Made by a program: the position numbers and the translations under genes. A DNA stretch of 64,000 nucleotides, taken from assembly GCA_963705275.1 (NCBI GenBank), contig OY970063.1:668438-732437 (forward strand), read 5' to 3'. The notes below the pieces were generated by a model. It did no database searches. It saw only the letters and a list, made by a program, of their open reading frames with translations, and was not told the origin of the DNA. Shown piece after piece: positions 28,602-38,349 of the stretch (position 1 is the first letter of the stretch; the number at the start of each line of letters is the position of its first letter). This stretch comes from an uncultured delta proteobacterium (GTDB taxonomy: Bacteria; Desulfobacterota; Syntrophia; Syntrophales; UBA2185).

Positions 28602-29108
28602 CTATTTTTTGGGAGATACCATCATAACCATGTTTCTGCCCTCCAGCTTTGGCTGCTGATCTACAACGCTCACATCTGCCAGAGCCTTTTGCACGTCCTC
28701 CATAATCTTCCTGCCCAGGTCGGTATAAGCCATTTCACGACCCCTGAACATCATGGTTATTTTCACCTTATCGTTCTGGCTGAGGAATTTCTTAATATGT
28801 TTAATCTTTACCTGCAGATCATGTCCGTCGGTCTTCGGTCTTATCCTGATCTCTTTTACCTGAATGATACTCTGACTCTTTTTTGCCACCTGTTGCTTCT
28901 TGCTCTGCTGGTATCTGAATTTTCCATAATCCATTATCCGGCAAACCGGCGGTGAAGAATTGGGTGCGACCTCTACCAGGTCCAGCCCTGCCTTGACGGC
29001 AACCTCCAGGGCCTCCGCCAGAGACATAATCCCCAGTTGCTTACCTTCATCAATCACCCTGACTTCAGTTGCCTTAATCTCTTCATTTATGTTTAAGTCC
29101 TTAGCTAT
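28602..29108 (-). CDS. infC: Translation initiation factor IF-3, initiating at a non-canonical AUA codon
   Basis: The track ORF starts at GTG 29057 and would remove the conserved N-terminal INEEIKATEVRVI segment. In frame upstream, after a TAG, lies AGGAGG-N6-ATA (29108..29106). Confidence 0.85.
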   Translation of the reverse strand: MAKDLNINEEIKATEVRVIDEGKQLGIMSLAEALEVAVKAGLDLVEVAPNSSPPVCRIMDYGKFRYQQSKKQQVAKKSQSIIQVKEIRIRPKTDGHDLQVKIKHIKKFLSQNDKVKITMMFRGREMAYTDLGRKIMEDVQKALADVSVVDQQPKLEGRNMVMMVSPKK

Positions 29109-29245
29109 GAGGCACCTCCTCTATAATAAAGTCGAGCAAATATTTTGATCACATTCTAAGGTAAGGGAAGCCAAAGATCCAGGACTTTCGGCTCTCACAA
29201 TTGTCTTGAAGCCGACTTCCCATCCCCGGGTTCGCTTTATGCCAT

Positions 29246-31162
29246 CTACTGGTATTGCGCAGATTTCTCCTTTACCAATCCAATAAATTCATTAACGCCG
29301 ACGGCGCCGAGGTCTTTACCGCTTCGCTCGCGGGGCGACACCCGGTTCGATTCCATCTCCCTATCACCGATTACCAGCATATAGGGTATTTTCTGCATCT
29401 GCGCCTCTCTTATTTTATACCCTAATTTCTCATTTCTGAAATCGCGCTCCACCCGGATTCCTGCTCCGAACAACTCGGTATAAACGCTTTCTCCATAAGG
29501 GATATGCTTATCAGTAACAGTCAGCAGAACTGCCTGCACCGGTGAGAGCCAGACTGGAAACGCACCAGCGTAGTGTTCAATTAACACACCCATAAAACGC
29601 TCTATTGCGCCTAATATAACTCTATGCAGCATTACAGGACGATGTTTTTCTCCGTCTGCCCCGATGTAGCTGAGATCAAATCGATCCGGAAGTGTAAAAT
29701 CGCACTGTATCGTCGCACATTGCCATTTCCGCTTCAAGGCATCTTTTAACTTGAAGTCGATTTTGGGTCCATAAAAGGCGCCATCCCCTTCATTAACCTC
29801 ATAATCAATCTTGTTTATTTTAAGAGCCCCCTCTAATGCCGCTGTCGCCATTTCCCATTCTTCATCGGAGCCTATTGATTTTTCCGGCCTTGTGCTGAGT
29901 TCCACGTCATATTCAAAACCGAAAACTTGCATCGCATAACTGACGAAATCCGCGATGGCTGTGATTTCACCATTTAATTGCTCCGGCGTGCACAGGATAT
30001 GGGCATCATCCTGGGTGAACTGACGCGCTCTCATGAGCCCATGCAGAACCCCTGTTTTCTCATGCCGGTGGACAGTGCCAAGTTCGAAATACCGGAGCGG
30101 CAGATCGCGATAACTACGAATCTTCGATTTGTATATCAGCATGTGTGAAAGGCAGTTCATGGGCTTTATTCCATAAGCTTGATTTTCCACCTCCGTGAAA
30201 TACATATTTTCCCTGTAATGGTCGAAATGCCCGGACCTTTTCCACAGCTCGGCCTTTAGTATCTGGGGTCCTACAACCATCTCGTAGCCGCGTTTAAGGT
30301 GCTCCTTCCTCTCCCAGTCCTCAATGATGTTTCTGAGCCTGGCTCCTTTGGGATGAAAGATGATGAGGCCGGGACCTGCTTCGTCATTCATCTGGAACAG
30401 ATCTAATTCCTTTCCCAGTCTTCGGTGATCCCTTTTCTTTGCCTCTTCAACAATATGCAAATATTCCGCCAGTGCTTCTCGCGTCGCAAAGCCTGTCCCA
30501 TATATGCGCTGGAGCATCTTATTTTTCTCGTCGCCTCGCCAGTATGCCCCCGCCACATTTAATAGCTTAAAAGCCCTGATCATCCCCGTAGACGGGATAT
30601 GGGGTCCTCGACATAGATCTACATAGCCGCCTTGGCTGTACAAACTAATTGTTCTTACGTCCTCCGGTAGGTCGTTGAGAAGTTCGACTTTATACGTCTC
30701 ACCCCTTTCCCTAAAAAAAGAGATGGCATCTTGCCTCAACATCTCCTTGCGATCAAAAGGAAAATCAGCAGCTATAATCTCCTGCATGCGCCTCTCAATT
30801 TTAGCGAGGTCCTCCGGAGTAAAGTTCTCCCTATAATCAAAGTCATAATAGAAACCCTCTTCGATAGAGGGGCCAATCGTAATCTGCACCCCTTCAAATA
30901 AATCTTTTACCGCCTGTGCCATCACATGCGATATGCTGTGGCGCAGAATTTCCAGGCCTTCCTTCGATTCAATATTGATTAAAGAGACCTTGGCGGGTTC
31001 ATCAATTGAATGGCTTAAATCGACAGGCTTATCATTGAGCTTCGCAGCAACTGTTGAAGGAAGCGTCTCCTTCTTCCATGATGCAATAATCTCTTTAACT
31101 GTTTTGTTTTTGTCGCACAGATGTACAGAACCATCCGGCAATACAATCTTGATTTCACTCAT
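29246..31162 (-). CDS. thrS: Threonine--tRNA ligase
   Basis: 638 aa. TGS domain N-terminus, second additional domain (HSISH), class II core ([24 protein letters not shown]). Confidence 0.95.
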   Translation of the reverse strand: MSEIKIVLPDGSVHLCDKNKTVKEIIASWKKETLPSTVAAKLNDKPVDLSHSIDEPAKVSLINIESKEGLEILRHSISHVMAQAVKDLFEGVQITIGPSIEEGFYYDFDYRENFTPEDLAKIERRMQEIIAADFPFDRKEMLRQDAISFFRERGETYKVELLNDLPEDVRTISLYSQGGYVDLCRGPHIPSTGMIRAFKLLNVAGAYWRGDEKNKMLQRIYGTGFATREALAEYLHIVEEAKKRDHRRLGKELDLFQMNDEAGPGLIIFHPKGARLRNIIEDWERKEHLKRGYEMVVGPQILKAELWKRSGHFDHYRENMYFTEVENQAYGIKPMNCLSHMLIYKSKIRSYRDLPLRYFELGTVHRHEKTGVLHGLMRARQFTQDDAHILCTPEQLNGEITAIADFVSYAMQVFGFEYDVELSTRPEKSIGSDEEWEMATAALEGALKINKIDYEVNEGDGAFYGPKIDFKLKDALKRKWQCATIQCDFTLPDRFDLSYIGADGEKHRPVMLHRVILGAIERFMGVLIEHYAGAFPVWLSPVQAVLLTVTDKHIPYGESVYTELFGAGIRVERDFRNEKLGYKIREAQMQKIPYMLVIGDREMESNRVSPRERSGKDLGAVGVNEFIGLVKEKSAQYQ

Positions 31163-31224
31163 GGGCCAAAATCCGGTGTATTAAATGTTTCAGTCATTTT
31201 TGTGACGTTGTTAGCCACGCTTCT

Positions 31225-31263
31225 ATAAGAAAGGGCATCACCGCATATTCCCTGCTGATGCCC
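31225..31263 (-). terminator. Intrinsic terminator-like hairpin between tRNA-Val and thrS
   Basis: Minus-strand RNA reads GGGCAUCA-(15-nt loop)-UGAUGCCC followed by UUUCUUAU. Confidence 0.45.
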
Positions 31264-31315
31264 TCACTAATAATTAGATCGTCATATCTTGTTCTTATTT
31301 CTTACTGATAAAAAA

Positions 31316-31390
31316 TGGTAGGCACGCAGGGATTTGAACCCTGGACATCCACCGCGTCAGGATGGCGCTCTCCCCCTGAGCTACGTGCCT
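31316..31390 (-). tRNA. tRNA-Val (anticodon GAC)
   Basis: Hand-folded cloverleaf: acceptor AGGCACG/CGTGCCT, D arm GCTC-AGGGGGA-GAGC, anticodon arm CCATC-CTGACGC-GGTGG, variable loop ATGTC, T arm CAGGG-TTCAAAT-CCCTG, discriminator A, encoded CCA. 75 nt. Confidence 0.9.
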
Positions 31391-31496
31391 ACATCAGGGC
31401 CCTTAAAGAGAAGGGAGAAGTTTTTAGCAGTAAAACTGCGTTATGTCAAGCGAATATTGCGATTTCCGTATCCTTGAAGGCATCCTTCTCACGCAT

Positions 31497-32036
31497 CTAT
31501 GCCGTGTGACTATTTAGTCGAACGCCTCGGAACATATAATTCAGCCCCGAAATAATGGTGAACGCAACTGTAACCCACTGCAAAATCATAAGCCACATAT
31601 TGCCGATCGCGCCTGGAAAAATGCGGGAGACGAGGAAAAATGCCAAAGTGGACAATTGCAGGGTTGTCGTCAGCTTGCCGATAAATGAAGGGCGTATCTC
31701 ATACGGGATGGACATGATTGATAATATGGCAATGCCAACAAGGATGATAAAATCCCTGCTGATCACGATAACTGTAAACCATCCCGGGATTATTCCTTTT
31801 ATAGACAGAGTCACAAAGCAACTTGCAAAGAGGGCCTTATCTGCAATCGGATCCAGATATGAACCGAGTACAGTCTGCTGGTTCAGAATGCGGGCAAAAA
31901 AGCCGTCAAGGGCATCTGTGATTCCGGAAACAACCAACAGTACAAGTGCCTTCGCAAAGGCCCCTTGCATGAGAAAGATCACCGTGATGGGCACGAGAAG
32001 GATCCTCACCAGTGTCAATAAATTGGGCACATTCAT
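31497..32036 (-). CDS. pgsA: CDP-diacylglycerol--glycerol-3-phosphate 3-phosphatidyltransferase
   Basis: CDP-alcohol phosphatidyltransferase motif DALDGFFAR...GSYLDPIADK. Confidence 0.85.
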   Translation of the reverse strand: MNVPNLLTLVRILLVPITVIFLMQGAFAKALVLLVVSGITDALDGFFARILNQQTVLGSYLDPIADKALFASCFVTLSIKGIIPGWFTVIVISRDFIILVGIAILSIMSIPYEIRPSFIGKLTTTLQLSTLAFFLVSRIFPGAIGNMWLMILQWVTVAFTIISGLNYMFRGVRLNSHTA

Positions 32037-32081
32037 TGGTTGCTATATCCGCTTTGCACTTTTAGAACGCATTATATGGTT

Positions 32082-32873
32082 CTAGTCCGATCCCAATTCC
32101 CGGTCTCTCGCTTTGTTCCAGTCAACCCACTGGTCGCGATCTTCCTTCTCAGTAAAGTCCCGTGGCTTTTCCGCTGTTCCGTCGGCGCCAATGCTGATTT
32201 GCTGCATCGAATTGATAATAAAGACCCATTCCTCCATTTTAACTTTCCTTGGCCCGGGAACCGGAGTAGGTCCGGCGATCTTCTGGGGAGGACCGATCAT
32301 CTTGGGCGGCTCCATGGCCGGACCGCCACCCGATACGTGCACGGTTCCATCATATACCCTTACCAAGGCTGATTTGTCTTTCTCCACATTCATACGGTAA
32401 ATCGTACCCCTAACACCGGCTACGGCATTTTCGGACCGAAGTTCAAACTGACTACTTTTCCCCACGGCTTTGCTGACATTGGCCCAAGTTCTTCCTATGG
32501 CCATATGAAACCTCATGCTCCTCGGTATGGTATCGCCACCGGCCTCAACCTGAAGCACCTTAAAATGGGAGTTGCCTGCAAAGCGCACCGCGGAATAGTC
32601 TGGTAAAACGAGTTCCAGTCTCGCTTTCGGTCCTGTATTAACTTCATCGCCGCTCTTTAGCCTATCTCCCAGATTCAACGAACGCCACGGCTTCTTTCCC
32701 GCTTGAAGAAGCTGAGCAGATCCCTCTAAAATGTTTACTTTGGCATCACCTCTGCCAATCTTTAGCTCCATAATTTTCTTAGCCGCGGTCGCCTGAAAAC
32801 CAATCAACACAAATGACAATACGCACGAAAAAATTACTATTTTCTTCATCTGCGTCTCCTCATTCATAGTCAA
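32082..32873 (-). CDS. FecR domain-containing exported protein
   Basis: Likely start M9 ([23 protein letters not shown] signal). FecR-like beta-rich core ([30 protein letters not shown]...AGVRGT). P-rich linker. Confidence 0.65.
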   Translation of the reverse strand: MTMNEETQMKKIVIFSCVLSFVLIGFQATAAKKIMELKIGRGDAKVNILEGSAQLLQAGKKPWRSLNLGDRLKSGDEVNTGPKARLELVLPDYSAVRFAGNSHFKVLQVEAGGDTIPRSMRFHMAIGRTWANVSKAVGKSSQFELRSENAVAGVRGTIYRMNVEKDKSALVRVYDGTVHVSGGGPAMEPPKMIGPPQKIAGPTPVPGPRKVKMEEWVFIINSMQQISIGADGTAEKPRDFTEKEDRDQWVDWNKARDRELGSD

Positions 32874-32963
32874 ACATGCATATCCCCAAACCCGGAGAAC
32901 TGGAAGAAATCATGCGGAACTTGTCTTAAGCCTTGTCCATTTTCAGTAGGCCGCGGGGCTGCA

Positions 32964-33563
32964 TTATCCTGCAGAATCAGGACCATCGGGCAGAGTCCGC
33001 ATGGCCTTATCTACAACTTCCTGCATAGCTGGTTCATAGACTTGGCACGACTCCATCTCAAGCTCTTCCCGTGAAATACCGTAATTCCTTTTAACGGTTC
33101 TATTTCGGTAACTCCAGAGCGTTTCCCCGGTCTTCGCACTCCGCAGCTCAAAAAATACGGAGACGTGCGTGGGTGCGTAAACAAATGAAAAATCAGTGGA
33201 GCACTCTTCCAAAAAAGCATACAGGACAGCATCCACACCTAGCAAATCACCTATGGCTTTGGGGGAAATATTTTCTCTCCTAAAATCCATATTGCCCTTA
33301 TATATCTTGCCGAGTTTTTCATCTATTACTTGTAATGGGACTTTAGGATAGCCTTTGAAATATAGTTCATTAAGAACCATTTCCCTCAGCATCTGGCCGG
33401 CTCTGGCATCACCTGATTTCATATTCACAGGCAATATGGCGATAAGTCTCGTGCCTTTCTTGCTGAAATCTGGATTTACGCTATAGGGCTGTTTCCATGT
33501 GCAGCCCTGTATAACGATTAATAAGGTTATGACCAAGAAAATTCGATTAAAGCTGGCCATCAA
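32964..33563 (-). CDS. Lipoprotein, DUF799 (GNA1162)-like
   Basis: Lipobox VIQGC. IAILPVNMKSGDARA...GYPKVPL...LGVDAVLYAFLEE fits my memory of the DUF799 pattern. Confidence 0.55.
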   Translation of the reverse strand: MMASFNRIFLVITLLIVIQGCTWKQPYSVNPDFSKKGTRLIAILPVNMKSGDARAGQMLREMVLNELYFKGYPKVPLQVIDEKLGKIYKGNMDFRRENISPKAIGDLLGVDAVLYAFLEECSTDFSFVYAPTHVSVFFELRSAKTGETLWSYRNRTVKRNYGISREELEMESCQVYEPAMQEVVDKAMRTLPDGPDSAG

Positions 33564-33636
33564 TATTTGCGCCTCACCCCTAAATTACTTGAAAGCGATC
33601 AAGCTCTCGCCGGAAGGGATTATATCACCCTCATAT

Positions 33637-34314
33637 CTATTTCAAGAACGTGACCTCAAAATGCTTCTGATCTGCGAGACCAATTATCGGGGAAAAATGC
33701 CCTGCCTTTATTAATTCATCTGTGAATGACTGGACGGTTCCCTGAATATCTAAGCTTAGCCTTGCTGTACCCCATGTGAGCTCGCGCTGATAAACATTCC
33801 TGACGCCTTTCACTCTTGTCTTCAGCAGTTCTTTCGCTCTTGCATAATCGGCGCAACTTGTCAGTCCTCTTACTGTAAACACTATCTCTGTTGCCTGAAC
33901 TCCATTCTTCTCCGCCTTTAGAAGCCCGAGGGTCTGAAGATTATCTCTGATACTATCTATGAAAACTGCTGACCTGACATCAACAGCATAGACCTCTTGA
34001 GCTTGTCTCTCTCGATTAATTCTGTAATCGCGTATATATTGCTCACTTCTTGCGTATATCTGGTCCCTGATGGCCTGAGAGTTCTTATCAAGCATCTGAC
34101 CAGGAGTCAACGCTGCTACCGCCTGTTCTACGGCTTTACGCAAGGCATCACTGATGGCATTGCTTCGTGCACTGGCTACATCATCGTTTGTTATGAGCCC
34201 TTTGCCCTCTGTTTCCACTGTCCATATATTATCATTGTCCTGTGAAAACCCCTCGGCGGTTAAGAGGAATATAAAGGCCGTAAATAGTAATGCTATAAGA
34301 AAACGCCGACTCAT
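33637..34314 (-). CDS. Exported hypothetical protein (LPP20/FlgT_N-like N-terminal domain, tentative)
   Basis: Signal peptide MSRRFLIALLFTAFIFLLTAEGFS. The stretch GKGLITNDDVASARSNAISDALRKAVEQAV resembles LPP20/FlgT N-terminal domains. Confidence 0.5.
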   Translation of the reverse strand: MSRRFLIALLFTAFIFLLTAEGFSQDNDNIWTVETEGKGLITNDDVASARSNAISDALRKAVEQAVAALTPGQMLDKNSQAIRDQIYARSEQYIRDYRINRERQAQEVYAVDVRSAVFIDSIRDNLQTLGLLKAEKNGVQATEIVFTVRGLTSCADYARAKELLKTRVKGVRNVYQRELTWGTARLSLDIQGTVQSFTDELIKAGHFSPIIGLADQKHFEVTFLK

Positions 34315-34724
34315 CTTTTTAACTTGTCAATCTCTTCCCTGATAATTCTCTCGGCAATCTCAGGTACTACTTCCTTTGCGATCCTCTCAGCAATTTCACC
34401 AACCATTTTTATTATTTCGTCATTAAGGCGCGCATCATCAAAAGAGCCGCCGGAACCCTTTTCAATAGTATCCACAAGATCATGAACATCATCACCCGAC
34501 CTGGATACCCTCTCATATACCCGACCATCAATGACGATGATCTCTCGATCCTGTCTGGTTTCAGCACCGGCGTTATCATCTATTACGTCAACGAGGTCGT
34601 AAACCCTGTCATCCGGCTTCAATAAACGACCATCAACAAGGACATCTTCATTTCTAGCCTCTGGGATGTTTTCCTTACTGCCTTCCCGTAACGCCCCAAC
34701 TAAATGTTTTGATATTGTATCCAT
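34311..34724 (-). CDS. Acidic hypothetical protein with an internal repeat and a charged helical C-terminus
   Basis: 137 aa, no signal peptide. Repeated DGR...D(V/D)(Y/H)DLVD(V/T)I units. C-terminus IAERIAKEVVPEIAERIIREEIDKLKR. ATGA stop/start overlap with the next gene. Confidence 0.55.
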   Translation of the reverse strand: MDTISKHLVGALREGSKENIPEARNEDVLVDGRLLKPDDRVYDLVDVIDDNAGAETRQDREIIVIDGRVYERVSRSGDDVHDLVDTIEKGSGGSFDDARLNDEIIKMVGEIAERIAKEVVPEIAERIIREEIDKLKR

Positions 34725-34961
34725 ATGAACTCCCGTCTTGCATACGGCATTTGAACCTTCGCAACTTCATACAAAAAATCTATGTGCGCCTCGGTAGTGA
34801 GCGCTCCCTATCTGCGCACTTTATAGCTTGTGCTTTATAAAGCCTGTTGCCTTTAAGCAACCTTTACGGCTCTTATAAAAAATCTTACTGCCTTATATAG
34901 GCCAGAATGTTAGTGAGTTATCATACATGCGGCAACTGTTCAAGGAAATAGTAGGCCCGTA

Positions 34962-35816
34962 TTATACCCATAAAGTGTGTTTAGCCGCTAACCGGTAGAC
35001 CCTCTTCTTGGGGATTCCTAATTCTCTCGCAAGTTCTTCGATGATGTCTCGCCTGGAAGCACCGGAGCGCTTCCACAGCGTTTTAAATTTCGCCAAGATT
35101 TCATCATCTGAAAACGAAGAAGAATCTTTTCCCTTACCCTCTATGACTAGCGTCACTTCACCTTTGACAACCCTTCCCTGCAGCTGATTGAGAACTTCTC
35201 CGACGGTTCCTCGCATGATTTCTTCAAACACTTTGGTCATTTCCCTCGACACGACAACGTTCCTGTCGCCGAGTACATCCGCGATATCGCGAAGTGACTG
35301 CATCAGCCTCTTAGGGGATTCATAGAACACCAGAGTCTTTTTTTCATCCATGAGAGCGGATAAGAACTGATTTCGTTTTCCCGGTCGTGACGGCAAAAAT
35401 CCATAGAAGGCGAAAGAGTCCATCGGGAGACCGGATACAGAAAGAGCGGTGATCACAGCTGATGTCCCGGGGACCGGGATAATCTTAATTCCCTGGGCAA
35501 TAGCCTTACTGACAAGAACATATCCTGGATCGGATATTCCCGGCGTTCCGGCATCGGATACGATTGCCACATCCATGCCCTCGTTCATTCTAGATATCAG
35601 CATGCCGCTCTTCTTATCCTCAATATGATCGTGAAGGCTGGTCATGGGGGTGCTAATCTGATAGGCACTCAACAGTTTTCTTGTCCTTCTCGTGTCTTCG
35701 GCTGCTATAATCTGGACTGCCTTGAGAATCCGAATAGCTCTGAGAGTTATATCCTCGAGATTCCCGATAGGTGTTGCCACGATGTATAGTGCGCCTTTTC
35801 TGATATTATTGCTCAT
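34962..35816 (-). CDS. rsmI: 16S rRNA (cytidine1402-2'-O)-methyltransferase
   Basis: GALYIVATPIGNLEDITLRA N-terminus. Tetrapyrrole-methylase fold. Confidence 0.9.
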   Translation of the reverse strand: MSNNIRKGALYIVATPIGNLEDITLRAIRILKAVQIIAAEDTRRTRKLLSAYQISTPMTSLHDHIEDKKSGMLISRMNEGMDVAIVSDAGTPGISDPGYVLVSKAIAQGIKIIPVPGTSAVITALSVSGLPMDSFAFYGFLPSRPGKRNQFLSALMDEKKTLVFYESPKRLMQSLRDIADVLGDRNVVVSREMTKVFEEIMRGTVGEVLNQLQGRVVKGEVTLVIEGKGKDSSSFSDDEILAKFKTLWKRSGASRRDIIEELARELGIPKKRVYRLAAKHTLWV

Positions 35817-35877
35817 ACTGAAGTAAGATTAAGTCATGCACGATGAACAATTTAAATGGTCCATAGCTGTTTTCTTG

Positions 35878-35906
35878 TTGACATATTGAAATGGTTTTCG
35901 TTTAAT
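35878..35906 (+). promoter_or_regulatory. Sigma70-like promoter upstream of the UDP-sugar operon
   Basis: TTGACA (35878-35883), a 17-nt spacer, then TTTAAT (35901-35906). Confidence 0.4.
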
Positions 35907-36024
35907 ACCAAACCTGAGAAGAAAAAACCATAAAAACAAGAATTCCGTGCGGCTATGAAGACCGGGCAAAGGGATTCTAAACAGAGATAACGGATATAGG
36001 CAAGTATCCCCATCATGAACTAAT

Positions 36025-36957
36025 ATGAAGCGTATACTGATTACGGGCGGAGCGGGATTTTTGGGCTCTCATCTCTGCGACAAACTCATCAAGCAGGGCA
36101 ATGATGTCCTGTGCCTGGACAATTTTTTTACCGGGACAAAAGATAATATAATCCATCTCCTGGCAAACCCCAAGTTTGAATTAATCAGGCACGACATCAT
36201 CAACCCAGTTTTCCTCGAGATGGATCAAATCTATAACCTCGCCTGTCCGGCTTCGCCGGTACACTACCAGTACAACCCTATCAAGACAGTTAAGACCAAT
36301 GTGATGGGGACCATCAATGCCCTCGGAATGGCAAAGCGTCTCAATGCAAAGATTCTCCAGGCATCGACCTCAGAGGTTTACGGAGATCCCGATGTACATC
36401 CCCAAAAGGAAGACTACTGGGGAAGGGTCAACCCTATAGGACCGAGAAGCTGCTATGACGAGGGAAAAAGAGCGGCGGAATGTCTCATGATGGATTACCA
36501 CCGCCAGAATAATGTTAAAGTGAAAATTGCCAGAATATTCAATACCTATGGTCCGCGCATGGCATTGAATGACGGACGTGTAGTCAGCAACTTCGTGGTA
36601 CAGGCATTGAAAGGCGAAAATATCACCGTATACGGCGATGGTTCTCAGACCAGGTCGTTCTGCTATGTTGATGATATGATAGACGGTCTAATCCGGATGA
36701 TGGAAAGTGACGACGGTTTCCTAGGACCCGTGAACCTGGGAAATCCGGATGAATTCAGAATTCTGGATTTAGCAAAGACCGTAATAAGCATGACGGGAAA
36801 CCGCTCGAAGATTGTTCATGGACCCCTCCCACAGGATGACCCCATGCAGCGCAACCCGGATATTTCGTTAGCCAAGAAAATACTGGGCTGGCAGCCACAT
36901 GTGAATTTGGAGAAAGGTCTCGAACGGACTATTGCATATTTTCGCACAGTAATCTGA
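36025..36957 (+). CDS. UDP-glucuronic acid decarboxylase (UDP-xylose synthase)
   Basis: SDR fold [11 protein letters not shown]. Catalytic YDEGKR. Overall eukaryote-like UXS pattern (EVYGDP...PQ.E.YWG). Confidence 0.85.
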   Translation: MKRILITGGAGFLGSHLCDKLIKQGNDVLCLDNFFTGTKDNIIHLLANPKFELIRHDIINPVFLEMDQIYNLACPASPVHYQYNPIKTVKTNVMGTINALGMAKRLNAKILQASTSEVYGDPDVHPQKEDYWGRVNPIGPRSCYDEGKRAAECLMMDYHRQNNVKVKIARIFNTYGPRMALNDGRVVSNFVVQALKGENITVYGDGSQTRSFCYVDDMIDGLIRMMESDDGFLGPVNLGNPDEFRILDLAKTVISMTGNRSKIVHGPLPQDDPMQRNPDISLAKKILGWQPHVNLEKGLERTIAYFRTVI

Positions 36958-36972
36958 AGATTAGAGGCTCCC

Positions 36973-38349
36973 ATGAAATTCAACAAAAAAATCCTGTGTA
37001 TAGGCGCCGGTTATGTAGGCGGCCCGACGATGGCTATTATAGCATACAAATGTCCCCAGTATCGGGTTACAGTCGTGGACATCAATCCGGTCCGCATTGC
37101 AGAATGGAACTCGGATGACCTCCCCGTCTATGAACCGGGACTCGACGACATTGTCAAGGCAACAAGAGACAAGAACCTCTTTTTCAGCACCGATATAGAA
37201 GGCGGCATTAGAGACAACGACATCATCTTTGTCAGTGTGAATACACCCACCAAGACATTCGGAGCCGGTGCAGGCATGGCAGCAGACCTTCAGTACTGGG
37301 AAAAAACGGCCAGACAGATACTACAGTATTCGCAATCGCCGAAGATAGTCATAGAAAAGAGTACACTTCCCGTAAAAACCGCTCTGGCCATGGAAAAAAT
37401 ACTTAACTACACGAAAAGCTCTGTTTCCTTCGATGTGCTCTCCAACCCTGAGTTTATGGCGGAAGGCTCGGCTATTAAGGATCTCGAGAGTCCGGATCGA
37501 GTCCTTATCGGATGCAGAGATACTGAAAGCGGCTTAGCGGCCAGGGAAACCCTCGTGGAAATATATGCCAACTGGGTGCCACGGGAAAAAATCATCACTT
37601 CCAATATCTGGAGCAGCGAACTTTCTAAAATCGTATCGAACGCCTTTCTTGCGCAGAGAATATCATCGATCAATGCCATTTCTGCCCTCTGCGAAAAGAC
37701 AGAAGCCGATATCAACGAGGTATCTAGGGCTGTCGGTATGGACAGCCGCATCGGCAGCAAGTACCTCAGCGCCAGCGTTGGCTTCGGTGGTTCCTGCTTT
37801 AAGAAGGACATCCTCAATTTAGTATATCTCTGCCAACAGTATGGCCTACATGAAGTGGCAGACTACTGGGAGAGTGTTGTCAGAATCAACCAGTATCAGC
37901 AGGAGCGCTTCATGCTGAACATGCTAACCACTATGTTTAACACCCTCGCCGGCAAGAGAATCTGTATTTTCGGCTTTGCGTTTAAAGCCAATACAGGTGA
38001 TACACGAGAAAGTCCTGCCATCTACATTACGAGGAGACTGTTGGAGGAGAAGGCGGAAATCATCATTACCGATCCGAAAGCCCTGAAAAACGCAAAGGCG
38101 GAGCTGGCGGGCGTGAAAGAGAAAATCAGCTTCATAGAAGACCCCTACAAGGCAGTTGAGGGATGTCACGCCATCGCCGTGCTAACCGAGTGGGATGTGT
38201 ACCGGAACCTTGACTTTCTGAAAATCTTCAACACCATGACCAAGCCGGCCTCTATCTTTGACGGAAGGAACATCATTGACCACAAGAGATGCTTTGATAT
38301 CGGCTTCAATGTCTATCCTACCGGCAAACCGGCGTTGACCCATTCTTGA
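36973..38349 (+). CDS. ugd: UDP-glucose 6-dehydrogenase
   Basis: GAGYVGGPT Rossmann motif. Catalytic Cys in GFGGSCFKKD. 458 aa. Confidence 0.9.
   Translation: MKFNKKILCIGAGYVGGPTMAIIAYKCPQYRVTVVDINPVRIAEWNSDDLPVYEPGLDDIVKATRDKNLFFSTDIEGGIRDNDIIFVSVNTPTKTFGAGAGMAADLQYWEKTARQILQYSQSPKIVIEKSTLPVKTALAMEKILNYTKSSVSFDVLSNPEFMAEGSAIKDLESPDRVLIGCRDTESGLAARETLVEIYANWVPREKIITSNIWSSELSKIVSNAFLAQRISSINAISALCEKTEADINEVSRAVGMDSRIGSKYLSASVGFGGSCFKKDILNLVYLCQQYGLHEVADYWESVVRINQYQQERFMLNMLTTMFNTLAGKRICIFGFAFKANTGDTRESPAIYITRRLLEEKAEIIITDPKALKNAKAELAGVKEKISFIEDPYKAVEGCHAIAVLTEWDVYRNLDFLKIFNTMTKPASIFDGRNIIDHKRCFDIGFNVYPTGKPALTHS

Noticed and set aside
31225-31263. thrS translational operator mimicking the tRNA-Thr anticodon arm (as in E. 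coli)
   Set aside because: The 15-nt loop of the hairpin (GCAGGGAAUAUGCGG) contains no anticodon-loop-like U-NGU-A arrangement in a 7-nt loop. It is followed by a U-rich tract, so a terminator or attenuator after tRNA-Val is the simpler reading.
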